DNA of 63,849 nt, counting the filler, from Phoronis australis (taxonomy: Eukaryota; Animalia; Phoronida), in assembly GCA_002633005.1 (NCBI GenBank). It is 5 parts of 5 records of this genome, joined end to end, with 100 filler letters (N's around TTAATTAATTAA, not from the genome) between each part and the next. Parts side by side here need not be neighbours in the genome. Positions count along the whole stretch, not along the records: positions 29,864 to 41,023 come from NMRA01001289.1; positions 41,124 to 52,298 come from NMRA01001714.1; 3 more parts are not named here. The stretch is one strand, 5' to 3'. The notes beneath the pieces were generated by a model, which did no database searches, was not told the origin of the DNA, and saw only the letters and a list, made by a program, of their open reading frames with translations. Below, piece after piece: positions 40,901-52,398 of this stretch. Both the position numbers and the translations under genes were made by a program. The number at the start of each line of letters is the position of its first letter. Position 1 is the stretch's first letter.

Positions 40901-41023
40901 CACAACAGCAATGCATACAGCATGCTTCTTGACCTGTTGATTAGTTTCGAAAGTAGACAACAGGTGGCGCAGAAATTTGGTAGAGCTGTTCTTTAGTTCC
41001 AAAAATAGACAACAGGTGGCGCT
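37915..41023. repeat. Two further modules of 19/20-bp satellite plus 167-bp satellite
   Basis: Short satellite 37915-38345 and 40226-40530; near-identical 167-bp units 38356-39352; gap 39353-39469; single N at 40225. Confidence 0.95.
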
Positions 41024-41123
41024 NNNNNNNNNNNNNNNNNNNNNNNNNNNNNNNNNNNNNNNNNNNNTTAATTAATTAANNNNNNNNNNNNNNNNNNNNN
41101 NNNNNNNNNNNNNNNNNNNNNNN
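41024..41123. other. Artificial contig spacer
   Basis: N44-TTAATTAATTAA-N44. Confidence 0.98.
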
Positions 41124-41192
41124 TGGTTTGTTGAACGTGCGATTATTGCGCGTGCTCATTTAAGTATTCTATTTTCAATCTTGATGACGTCA

Positions 41193-41268
41193 GTCGCTGT
41201 GTGGTGTAGTGGTGAAGTCGGCGACTAGCAATATTAGGGTCCCGGGTTCGACCCCGTCCTCGGTTTCC
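41193..41268 (+). mobile_element. tRNA-derived SINE head / tRNA pseudogene
   Basis: A box TGGTGTAGTGG (41202), B box GGTTCGACCCC (41245); acceptor stem does not pair well. Confidence 0.65.
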
Positions 41269-41507
41269 CGCCAAATCGATATCTCACTAGTGAGATAACT
41301 TTATGGGTTATTACACGGTTGTATCTGCCATTTGACGCTAATATTGTGGTATAAATGTAGTTATTGTGAGTACACAACTTGCACCTCCAGTTATTTGCCA
41401 TACACATATGTATATTGGCGTATCTAATATGTTCGAGTGTGTGCTTGTCTGTACTTAGAAACCGTAAAACTGGCGACAAAGAGTGCATCTTTTATAAATA
41501 ATCTCAC

Positions 41508-42082
41508 CTGTTATTCTTGCTATCGATGGGAGTCTGCAGCAGTTTATGGAGTAGCTCGGAATTTCTGGCAGACATTTCTCCCTGGACTGTCCTTTCAAGT
41601 TCACTTGGATTTAACTCGTGCTCGACCTCCCATCCGTTGCACGCGTAAGAATAAAAATCAGTGCAAGGGTCATAGGAAGTGTTCCTATTTCTTATTAACA
41701 AAGACGAGGCTTGGAGGCAACCACGCGTTGTACAAAACGACGGACATGGCGGCGACAGCTTGCACGGTTTGCACGGTTTGCACGTGGTCGGGGCTGGAGT
41801 CGCTAAAGTTGTAGTTGGAGAATGCTGATATACAAAGGTAGACGTGGAGGGCTCTAACGGCAACGTCGAGAAAGTCAGTGACAAAGATTGACTTCGTTCA
41901 GATCCGAGAACAACAGCGAGCGCTAATGTCGTGATGAGGAGTGCGACCGACAGAGCTGAGAGAAATAGCACAGCCCAGAAAAAGTACCTTTTCGAATACT
42001 GGTTGACGGGGGCACTTCCGGACGAAACAATCGTTTCTATTTCATCCAGGTTTTCTTGTCTGTATTTAAAAGCAGTGGACAT
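41508..42082 (-). CDS. M13 family metallopeptidase (neprilysin/endothelin-converting-enzyme-like), first coding exon
   Basis: Type II signal anchor, Ser/Thr/Pro stalk, CTTRGCLQASS...DPCTDFYSYACNGW hallmark; acceptor tttcag| before 42086, donor AG|gtgag after 41508. Confidence 0.92.
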
Positions 42083-43489
42083 TTTCCTGAAAGTAAAAAC
42101 ACACCACTTTCAAGCAGCTTGACCCCTCAGTCATCCGTGCGTGCACAATGTAAAGTTTCAAATGGAGGCGAATACACACGTAAATACGGGCAGATGACAC
42201 TGGGTTTAATGAAATATCGAATACACAATTAAAACCTTAGAGTTTCTAGCTGTAATATATTTTCCATGTCTGGGTATGGATTTCACTAGCGTTTTCTAGT
42301 CATGATTTCCAGCCGGCACACCACTAATGCCATTCAAATTTAAAATATTTAGCTGTTGAGGTGAATCACAGGCGAGACAAAAGGCAGGTGAGAAATTACA
42401 ATTGTGAAATCGCAGAAGTAAAATCGTCGATCTACTTTGACCAGCCATATCACCACTCTGTTGTTTTAAATTCACGACTTTACTTATAGTTCAACGGTGT
42501 TCTGGTGAGATTAGCAACCAGTCTACACTGGGACTCTCTGTCAAAATGCTGAAGCGTGCTTGTAGTAGGGTTTGGTAATGTTTTGAAACGATAGAGGGAC
42601 TATTTAAGTGGAACAATTGATTTTCAGAATTTAATGGGTAGACAGAACAAACCTGTAGATGTAATTGCACTTACTACTACTTGTGACTGAGGGTGGCGCC
42701 GTCGGTGCCGAGATGAATGGGGCTCGCCAATAATTCCAAGGCAGGACTCGGTGTTGAGAATTTCTCAGTATTATTCCTGGTGAACGACTAGTTTTTATGC
42801 AGCGATACAACGACTAGAAATCTTAATATATATAAAAATTACCTGAAAAATTAAATCAAGTAAATTCTCGATTGGCACTTTGTTTCACAATTGTGTGCTT
42901 ATACGCTAACTGGATATGTCTGTCAGACGCCATCGTGTAATTATTCTCGTTTTACGTTTCATTTAAATTCATCTGCACTGCACATTTCCACGCTAGAGTT
43001 CATATATGAGGTGTTCCTGTGTGACGTATTCATTCAGTATTCAAAAGGTACGACATGCCAGCAACAAATGTGCGTCTACTTGAGGATGATGTCACAGTTC
43101 ACCTTCCCAATAGTTATAGATTATCATTTGTGTCATGTCAAAAGACTAAAACAAAAACTAAAAACGTACAGAAGCGGAAGAAGGTGGTGCGGACACGTTG
43201 AAGCATTGAGGCAATATTAAAAAGTAATGATGTCACGCGCATGATGCCACCAGGAAGGCCAAGTGCGTGACGCCAGCAGATGTCTCTACGATAGGGAAGG
43301 CTTTTTCACATACACAGTGACAATAACTGCTTCAAGAGGTACACTAACAAATTAAAATCGCGCCGACAGAAGAGGCGCAGGTTGAAAACTTGGTTGACAT
43401 TGAACAAATACATGTACATAAGGAAACGCCCGTTCGTCAGAAACTCTAGAGCACCAGGTGACGCCCTAAGCTCGGAAAGGCCCGCGTTG

Positions 43490-44620
43490 ACATCATTGTC
43501 TTTGTCATTGTCTCAGGGACAGACATCACTGCACATTGGACAGGTCCACAAGTGCTCAGTCCTTCTCTGCAACAGCTAAGAAAGAGTCACACTGCTAATG
43601 GTTCCCATGTTGAGCTGGTTGATCCGGGATCTACTTTCTCCTCGTAAGGTGGTTCTGATGCCGCTTCCTCTGACAACATGAAGTTCAGTTAGTCTTTTCA
43701 GGTTGGTGCTTTCTGAGAGAGCCTCCATCTCCTGGTCTTTCAGTGCCATTAAAACATCCTTCTCGCTCCAAGTGACATCTTCCAAAAGTTCTGCCTTTCC
43801 TGCCAGGTCATCTGCTCTTTCATTCCCCTTCACTCCAGCATGTCCAGGGGTAAACAACCACACCAGGTGTTTCAGCCTGCTTCCTTCTATTGCTTCCTTC
43901 CATTCTGGTTTAATGGAGCCACTCTTGATTTTGCTTAGCATGCTCTGCGAGTCCGTAGCAATCACTGTCCCTTTGTAACTGGCAGTGCGGAGCCATCCGA
44001 GAGTTGCTGTGACTGCCTGCTCTTCCATCCGCATGCTGCTGGTTGTCATCAAGTATGCACCACTTTGTTCTGCAACACACCGACCTCCCACGCGTGCTGT
44101 GAATCTCCAGCCTGATTTGACAACCCTGACGACTGACCCATCTGTGAAGATAATGACATCCGTTGGTTTGATGTTCTCTTCAATGAGTGCACAGATCTCA
44201 GTGTTCACAACTACTCCACTGCGTTCTCGGTATTCCCGTCCCAGTGTGATGACAACCTTTGTGCAATTAGTCAATGTGTCCCTAATAGGTATCCACTATT
44301 TGTCTCTCCTTATGCTCCCAGTCCTGCACACCGAAGCAACCGTATCCTCCGCCTGAGCCATCCAAGACCGTCCGCGTTTCAGTTGGCTACCGTTATCTAC
44401 TCCTATTTCTTTGTGCAGGAGGTGGTCTTTGTCAGATGCCACTCGGAAGAGTGCCTTGACTTGAGCTTGCCTGCGTCGATGTGTGACGCTTGGTAATCCA
44501 AGAACATGGCGCATTGCACCAGTTGATGTGTTTCTAGTGCAGCCCAAGACTACCCTCATGCCTTCATTCTGCCCGCGTTGAAAGAGCAGCTTATACTGCT
44601 CCAGTGACAGACTTTGATTA
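43490..44620 (-). mobile_element. 5'-truncated RNase H-containing non-LTR retrotransposon (I group, Ingi-like)
   Basis: QNEGMRVVLGC..T..AMR..LGLP; IFTDGS, MEEQAV, TDSQS, WLFTPGHAGVKGNERADDLA; one frame with nonsense codons at 44296 and 43576; GACAAT/GACAAA tail. Confidence 0.9.
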
Positions 44621-45350
44621 TACAACAAAAATTCAAAGCACGTTGCTGGAATTTGTGAAGAAAGTGCACCAAAAGAGCTGTTGGGGCTTGAACAGGGAAA
44701 AGCTAATTTTCCAATCCTGTGCACTTGTGTCTTCAGCCTTCAATAGAAATTTCAATAGGTTATTGGACGTGCTAATTCCATTATTTCCCTTAATTGTCGT
44801 TTTTAGACCTAGTCAAAGACTTATGAAATTATCAAAACTCAAGTAACCTTTGGAAACGAAGCAAAACAGTAATGTTGTCTATAAGATCAATTGCAAGGAC
44901 TGTAATGAATTTTACGTTGGTATGACAACGAGGATTCTTAACAACAGTATAACATTCCAAAGGTGCCAACAGAGCCTTATTTAATCATTCGATAGATTCA
45001 AACCAATACGTTGTTTGTAATGATGTAAAGATACTAGATCATGATGTGAATAGAGCTAACCTCAGTTAATCCGTGAAGCCTTACCCATCAACGAGCTACA
45101 TGGTGAGTACAGTTTGAATAAGAACTTAGGGGCTTTTAACCTCCAGTTGTGGTGGTTGATAGTTGACTTCATTAGACTGGGTGTCTCTCTACTTGTCACC
45201 GAGGAAATATTTCTAGTAAAAGTCTACGCAATTATGTACAGGATATTAGAAAGAAATCCACTCGAGAAGACATCAGAGGTAACTGAGACGGTCATACAAA
45301 GTGAATATCTTTCTACTGTTACTGATGCCGTTGAAAGCATACATTTAACC
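44620..45350 (+). mobile_element. Penelope-like element 3' fragment (GIY-YIG endonuclease relic)
   Basis: VVFRP..LSKLK*P..SNVVYKINCKDCNEFYVGMTTR at 44868, later VKILD; frameshifted. Confidence 0.85.
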
Positions 45351-47826
45351 CTTTACAGTCGACATGCAGATGAATTGAGATCCAAAAAATGAGTGACATT
45401 TGCTAAAAACATGGCGGTAGACGACTTGGCTATCAAGATCAAAACCCGATACAAAATGGAGAATCGCTTAATTAAGCTACGAAATGCATAGAATGCGGTC
45501 TGAATGATGAAGTTTGCGAAGTAGAAGAGACCCAACAGTTTTGGAAAAACATTCCGGTTTTCATATTAATTACTGAAATTCATTTGGCGCTGCTTTACAA
45601 CCCAAAGTCCATCTAGGCTAGTATGAAAATAGTACGAACACAAAACGTTGACGTTAAGGGCGGGGAAGTCCTACAAGATGAAGAAAACACGTTCTCTGAG
45701 GGAAATCGACCCACTAGTGAACTGTTATTTTCAAATTACATAAACCTCACTCTTAAAGGACGAATACAACTCCTCTCCAAACCAGTGAGTTCAAAGAAAG
45801 ACGTGTTACGGTTCCTCTAAGCATCAGGATTTGAACGGTGCTCGACATGCCTTGGGCGCGTGCACAGTTCAACCAGTGGACCTGTGGGAATTTATTTTTC
45901 GCACAGAGAGTAACACTGCAAACGTCTTAATTTACTCTTTACCTCCTCAACTTGATGAACAAAATCGATGATGTGAAGCAACTAGTAACGTCAGAATTTT
46001 CCGGGATTTTGTCGCCGTAAACTATTTTTGATATGCATCTTGGTATTTGGAGAGAATATATGTGCTCGGGCTTACCGGTAAAACCTTCTATCGTCGCTTT
46101 GTGATGAATGATAGACAGTGGTCGTCATTCAGTTTTCAGCTGTTACAGGAGACCTCAAGCAAGCACAGAACCATTTCTATCAAATACTTGTCAGACATGT
46201 TGTCTAAATTTAGTCAAGGGAGTCTGTCCTCTTTTTTCTCCATATATCTCACTGGTAATTAATCATCTCCTGATCATCTCGAGACCTCACGTCAACATGA
46301 ACTTTTGGGTGTAAGAAAAAGATTTTCGATCAAAACGTCTTTAGTGCTTGAGAAAACCCGTTTAATATTCTTGTTCCCCAGGAGCTCGTGCACAATATTC
46401 ATGCCAATAAATGTATCATGACACTTGGCTTACCTCAAAATCCAAATGCTGCCTAGTGGTTTTAGTAATTGGCCCAATTATGTTGCCCACCCAAAAGAAT
46501 TGATGAGGAACACATTATTGTAACATTAAACCAACGTTTTAGGTTCTAAGAGTCACCTAATCATGCGTGCTTTTCACAAACTATTCAAATACGCTATTTA
46601 TTTAACTTTCAAAGCGAAAGCTTAAAACTACTATTGTCGTCACCAATGCGTATGTGATGGGTCTCATTATCCAGAGAACGATAACATCTCCATCCTGGGC
46701 CGCGATTTAGTTAACCACAACAGCAAGGTGTCAGGTTCTCAGGTGCGCAAAGCGGTCGAGTTGCCCAGTTTCGACCGGTTATGGCGTCAACGTAGGATTC
46801 CTTTCACGTGGTTCAAAACACGTAACTTGCGATGACGTTAAGTCTAGACTACTTGAATATTTAGGTAAATGTCAATAACTCATATAAAACGAGAGTCCCG
46901 TAGTTGATCCTCTGGTGTTTCACACAATGTAGTACAGAGCTTGTTTAATTATGCTACCATAGTAATTAAACAATCTGACTCCAGGCAGCAAAATTTCGCG
47001 TGAGATGCTCCAATATCTCACAATATGTTTGTTTTGTGGCTAAACTATGGTTGTATTCGACTTTAAATGTTACTTTGAACGAGAGTGGGATGATTGTGAC
47101 TACTAGATAACGTTAACTGGTCACCGGGCTTATTGTTGAGTTTCAGGTCGTTTTTAAGGTAGTATGTCTCATTTTGACGTATAAATATATTCCGAACACC
47201 CGTACACAATGCATCTTGGACAAAAGAGTTTATAAGTACCCTTTGTATTATTCGCATTGTTTTCGTTTAGAGTAGAAGGAATACATTGCAGTCCTATACC
47301 CATCACAGATAAGGATAAAACTTACTTGCAACTTGTGTCGAAGAAGAGCCACCGTAAAACAGTTTTGAAAATCCTCCGTATCAACGACACTAGTTCTGTT
47401 TATAAGATTCAGAGATGTGAGCTTGATACCTTATCGAAGATATCGATTGTATCAATAAGTATGTACAAACATCGTGTCAAGATAACCATGCATGTAGTAG
47501 AATTTATAACGATAGTCATAATTACGATACTTAAGATTGTCTGTCCTATGAGATGCTCTGCCTCGTTGAGTTTCAAAGTGGGTCACGTTTTCGTGTGTAC
47601 CTTTAAAAGCAACAGTTCGCTTATTGATGTTTCATTAGTATGATTTTAAGACACTAATTTTCCTCAATGCACGCAGTAATTACCTAGCCGCGTTTGCATG
47701 TGGGACAGTTCTTGACTTTGATTATCAACTTACAAACTATGAAACCGACGTAACAATTCCATTAAAACACGATTTTTCAGAGAAACGCAGTCACGTGAAT
47801 GTGAGTACCTGGGCCGTGCCTAAATG

Positions 47827-49671
47827 AAAGTTTATGAACATCGAGGATTTTTTTTAAAGTTAACGTTTTACGGGTATAAAAGTAACGTGGAAGGATTACT
47901 CACCAGGACTCAATTCTTTGATTATGGTGCTTATGGCATGTTGTCATTACAATCTTCTTTCTTTCGTAGTTACGACTTCTTTCCCGTAAAAACGGGTTTT
48001 CCTCGTAGTTAAATGTACGAGAAAAATCGCTATTACGAGACAAAAGTCCTTATTACGAGAAAAAGGAGATATTGCTCCTTTTCCCAAAAATTTATTTCGT
48101 TGCTTGGCACTAAAACGCTGTCAAAAAAGTTTTGCGACGAGAATGAATAATTCCAACCAATGAGCTTCATGTAAATGAGACAAACGCAGTTAAGCCACGC
48201 CTACAATGGTTGCTGTTGTGAAATCGCACAAGCGCAACGCGCAGATATGACGCGGAGTCCTGTGTAAGCGTACCGCATCAACAGAACCTTCTCGGTGTGT
48301 TGCAGATATTTCTTTGAGACTGTGAGTTTGAGGAGACGCACAACGACAAAGGGTCGTGGGGGGGAATTGACCTATCGCAAGCTCCGCCCATATGCGAAAA
48401 GTCACGTGATACCCGACATTCGAACGAGATGTCAGAGGCAAATACACTGTCGCTAAACGACGTTCCTGGTGGAATCGATGAGTGTTTTTGCACTATTTGA
48501 AAACGCGTCGACAGAGACAAGAGGCGATGCTTTTCAGCAATGAATCGTACGTTCATAATATGGGAATTTGTAAAGGTGACGATGAAAAAATAAGTGCTCG
48601 GGGAGCCAGCGAAAATCCGAAGAACCCCTCGGCCTCGGGGCCACCTTCACCTGACAAATGACAAGGCCACTGATACGATATGTTCATGTAAAGCTGGGTA
48701 TGTACCTTAAAGTCGAATTATCTGTACGATTCCATAGATTTCACGATCTTTCGAATAAAATCAGTGAAGATTCACCGATATTTTTTTCTGTCGTCTGCTA
48801 AATTTCGCCAAATGAAAAGTAGGTCACAACTGGTGGGACTCCTGGAGTAAAGTAGGTCATAGATTACAGACAACACATGCACTATAGTCTCTGACTAGAT
48901 CGACTCGATAGCTTTTCTAATCTTGTAACGAAATATTTTGATCAAAAAATTCAGGTTCATAGCTCAGGTAAACACTCATCTCGTCCTGGGCAAACAGTTA
49001 GCTCCGGTAGGTCTAGGGCTGTGTCTAAGTAAAATTAATGTCTGGAATTCAGTGGCGGATCTAGAATAACACAGGGGGGCCCAACATATGTTGCCACGTG
49101 GAATTGGGCAAAGTGCGATTGTATGTGCACAGGCGGCCCGAAAGTTNAGTCTATGAACATCGAGGATTTTTTTAAAGTTAACGTTTTACGGGTATAAAAG
49201 TAACGTGGAAGGATTACTCACCAGGACTCAATGAGTGCTTATGGCATGTTGTCATTACAACCTTCCTTCTCGTAGTTACGACTTCTTTCCGGTAAAAACG
49301 GGTTTTCCTCGTAGTTAAATGTACGAGAAAAATCGCTATTACGAGACAAAAGTCCTTATTACGAGAAAAAGGAGATATTGCTCCTTTTCCCAAAAATTTA
49401 TTTCGTTGCTTGGCACTAAAACGCTGTCAAAAAAGTGTTGCGACGAGAATGAATAATTCCAACCAATGAGCTTCATGTAAATGAGACAAACGCAGTTAAG
49501 CCACGCCTACAATGGTTGCTGTTGTGAAATCGCACAAGCGCAACGCGCAGATATGACGCGGAGTCCTGTGTAAGCGTACCGCATTAACAGAACCTCGGTG
49601 TGTTGCAGATATTTCTTTGAGACTGTGAGTTTAAGGAGACACACAACGACAAAGGGTCGTGGAGGGAAATT
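47827..49671. repeat. ~540-bp direct duplication (47827-48369 and ~49150-49671)
   Basis: Near-identical sequence with small indels; a single N at 49147 marks the junction. Confidence 0.9.
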
Positions 49672-50662
49672 CATGACTTCACACTTGAATATGTCAACAG
49701 TTCCAAGTCTCTGTATCCGTAGATCCATAACCTATTTACACCATCTGAATTGCATTCAGATGTTCAATCGATTCAAATACCTTCACATGAGGACACAATC
49801 TGGTGCTTTAGGGACTCTTCCATAGATCACTTGTCCTCAGGTGATAGACGGCTGGTGATGGCAATTGATTGTCCTATGTTGGGAATAGTTATACACGAGT
49901 TTAATTTTTTTGCGTTTCTGAGTAAATCGCCTGACGTACTCTAATCCACATGTTTGACTGTTTACCTAATTCCATATTAGATAGGCGTAAAGAAAATATT
50001 ATGCGAAACTTTTTAAATACAAATATGTTTCATTTTGTGCTAGACGATTCTGAAATACTTTCCTGGGCTCTTGGGCAGTTGTCTACCGTATGGGTGAATT
50101 ATATAATTCATGAACTGTTGCTTTTTCTTCCGAAGTTGCGGATTCGAAAGTAGAGCAAGTACGTATTGGACTTGGCTGAGGAAATGGAGTTATATTAATG
50201 TGAGCATTTTTATGAGAAGGATTTGATGAAAGCAAAGGCCTCACTTAGATTCTCGTTTTTAAAGATACATTAAATTTGTGTAAAACATGAAAAAACATTT
50301 GCGAAAGCAATAAATATTGTGCCGCCGCGGCACACTAATTACTCCTCTGTCAAAAATCGTTCTCGATTATTCATGCACGTCACCAAATTCATACTCCACC
50401 ACGTTTTTACATGGAAACCAATATTTCAGTTTTATTGCAAGTCGCACATTTAAACTAGTTGATAAAAGACCCCTGCGCGATCTTTCAATATCAGTCGGGG
50501 AAATGCATGCACCCATCCTACGACTTATCTGTGAAGGGCGTTCCAGGTTGTGCTGAGATAACGCAAGAGTAATAATTAAGTATGATACGTTTTACACCAG
50601 TAGTCGTGCTGCTGTAGTCTCTGTTCTGATAACGCTACGTACATGTACGTTTACATTGCAGC

Positions 50663-50816
50663 ATGTTGACGTCGCTATTTCTCATCTCTGCAGGTGTCAT
50701 GGCAGCTGCAGGAAGTGTTCTGAGAGGTGATTTCCTCCATGAGAAGTTTCCGGAAGATTTCAAGTGGGGCGTTGCTACCTCATCTTACCAAATAGAAGGT
50801 GGTTGGAACGCGAGTG
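50663..50816 (+). CDS. Glycoside hydrolase family 1 (beta-glucosidase/lactase-like) 5' exon
   Basis: FLHEKFPEDFKWGVATSSYQIEGGWNAS G|gtacgt = GH1 N-terminal signature with phase-1 donor; start either ATG 50663 or acceptor at 50693. Confidence 0.9.
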
Positions 50817-52298
50817 GTACGTGTCGTAGCACTGATAATCTGTCTTTTAAGAAGCACTGCGTGCTTGCTCAACTGGTAAGAATGTACGTTGCTGTTCAAA
50901 CTCTTTACAAAAAGCTGTTTTGAACAAACTCGATCATCCATTGACTGTGACCGTTCTTACGTCGCGGTAATTACATACTTGTTAACGTCCTAGTAGTCTT
51001 ATTAGGACACATGCCATCTACTGCGACGGGGAGGCGCGAAACTGATGATTGCGTACTTTGACCTTAGGCCTATTCGTCTACCGTGGGTGATCCAATATCC
51101 CTACGCACAAGCGCTTAGGGAATTGTAGAATGTTTAGTTTCAGTTAGTCAAACAATCATTCCGTGACTTCGCTCGCATGCGTGCATGAGTGGGAGATCCA
51201 CTCATCTCTCACGGAGATTTGGGGACCCCGGAGGCTGTTCCGCATATTATGAGGCGCCGCTGGATCAATTGAATTCTGTAGCACCAGTGAACAAAAGCGA
51301 TAGTTCCGTTACGGGCGGGTACAGTGTGTACCGTCTGTACATGTATGTGTCCTTCATACACGTAAATAATGCTCTGCACTCTTTTTCGAGTTCAACGATA
51401 TTGTTATTTTTTGAGTGACAAGTCCAATTGACTTGATGCTACAATGCTTTGCAGGAAAATGTTTGTGATATTCAAGAGCAAATTAGCATTTTATGTACGT
51501 CCCCAACGTTAATATTGTTGACAAATCTTCAATGTGTACAGGTTATTTAGGACCTTATCAACAAGTCTGATTAATTAGCCAAATATCCACAAAATTCAGT
51601 GTAGACTATAACTCGATTAAAGTAGTCATATTCTGAAAACTGACAGCTTGTATAATTTTGTATTGGATATTATACCAGTGTGCCATTAATTGGTTCAAAT
51701 CAGCATGTGTTTTTAACAAACTTTAATTAGCGAACAAGAAAGACACAGTCAAAAACTACTACAAGGGTAAATTTCGTTTGATGCAAGTGTTCAATACAAA
51801 ATCTCAAATAAGCTGTTGCAGTTTCCTAAATTAAAATTTGTTTCCATTGGATACAAATATTGATCTTTAAAAAAACATGAGAATCCTAATTTCTGATAGT
51901 CCCTGATTAAAAAGTGGAGTACATGTATTTCAAAAACAATTCCTTGAAGAACAGTGTATAACCATCATATCTAAATGTTTCATATGAATCCGATCAGCAG
52001 CTACTGAGATATGATACTCCGAAATGTTTCTAGGTTGCCACGTGACCTTAATATAAGTTCTCCTCGTCCATATATTACCTTCACTGTTGTTTTTATCTGA
52101 TCGTGGCTCGCGTGGTAGCGTGCGCGACATTTTTCTGGTTATATCTGAATGGAGGTCAGCTAAACTACAACTTTACTCCCAAATTCGTTCGACATTCCCG
52201 TTCTCGATCCTTCAGAATCACCTGGCAACAAGATTGCCCTGCTTGAGGCGTACCTCGTATGAAGTCTGCCCATGACAAACATCAAATGCTACTGAGTG

Positions 52299-52398
52299 NN
52301 NNNNNNNNNNNNNNNNNNNNNNNNNNNNNNNNNNNNNNNNNNTTAATTAATTAANNNNNNNNNNNNNNNNNNNNNNNNNNNNNNNNNNNNNNNNNNNN
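52299..52398. other. Artificial contig spacer
   Basis: N44-TTAATTAATTAA-N44. Confidence 0.98.

Noticed and set aside
30140-41023. Repeated ORFs (MAKFSATCCLF...) and a CRISPR-like look
   Set aside because: The unit length of 167 is not a multiple of 3 and starts are GTG/TTG; there are no unique spacers and no cas genes, so these are satellite translations
41193-41268. Functional tRNA gene
   Set aside because: A and B boxes are present but the acceptor stem is poor; better explained as a SINE head
47827-49671. Tandem duplication or LTR pair as a biological novelty
   Set aside because: No TG...CA ends or TSD; the N at the junction suggests two haplotypes scaffolded in tandem
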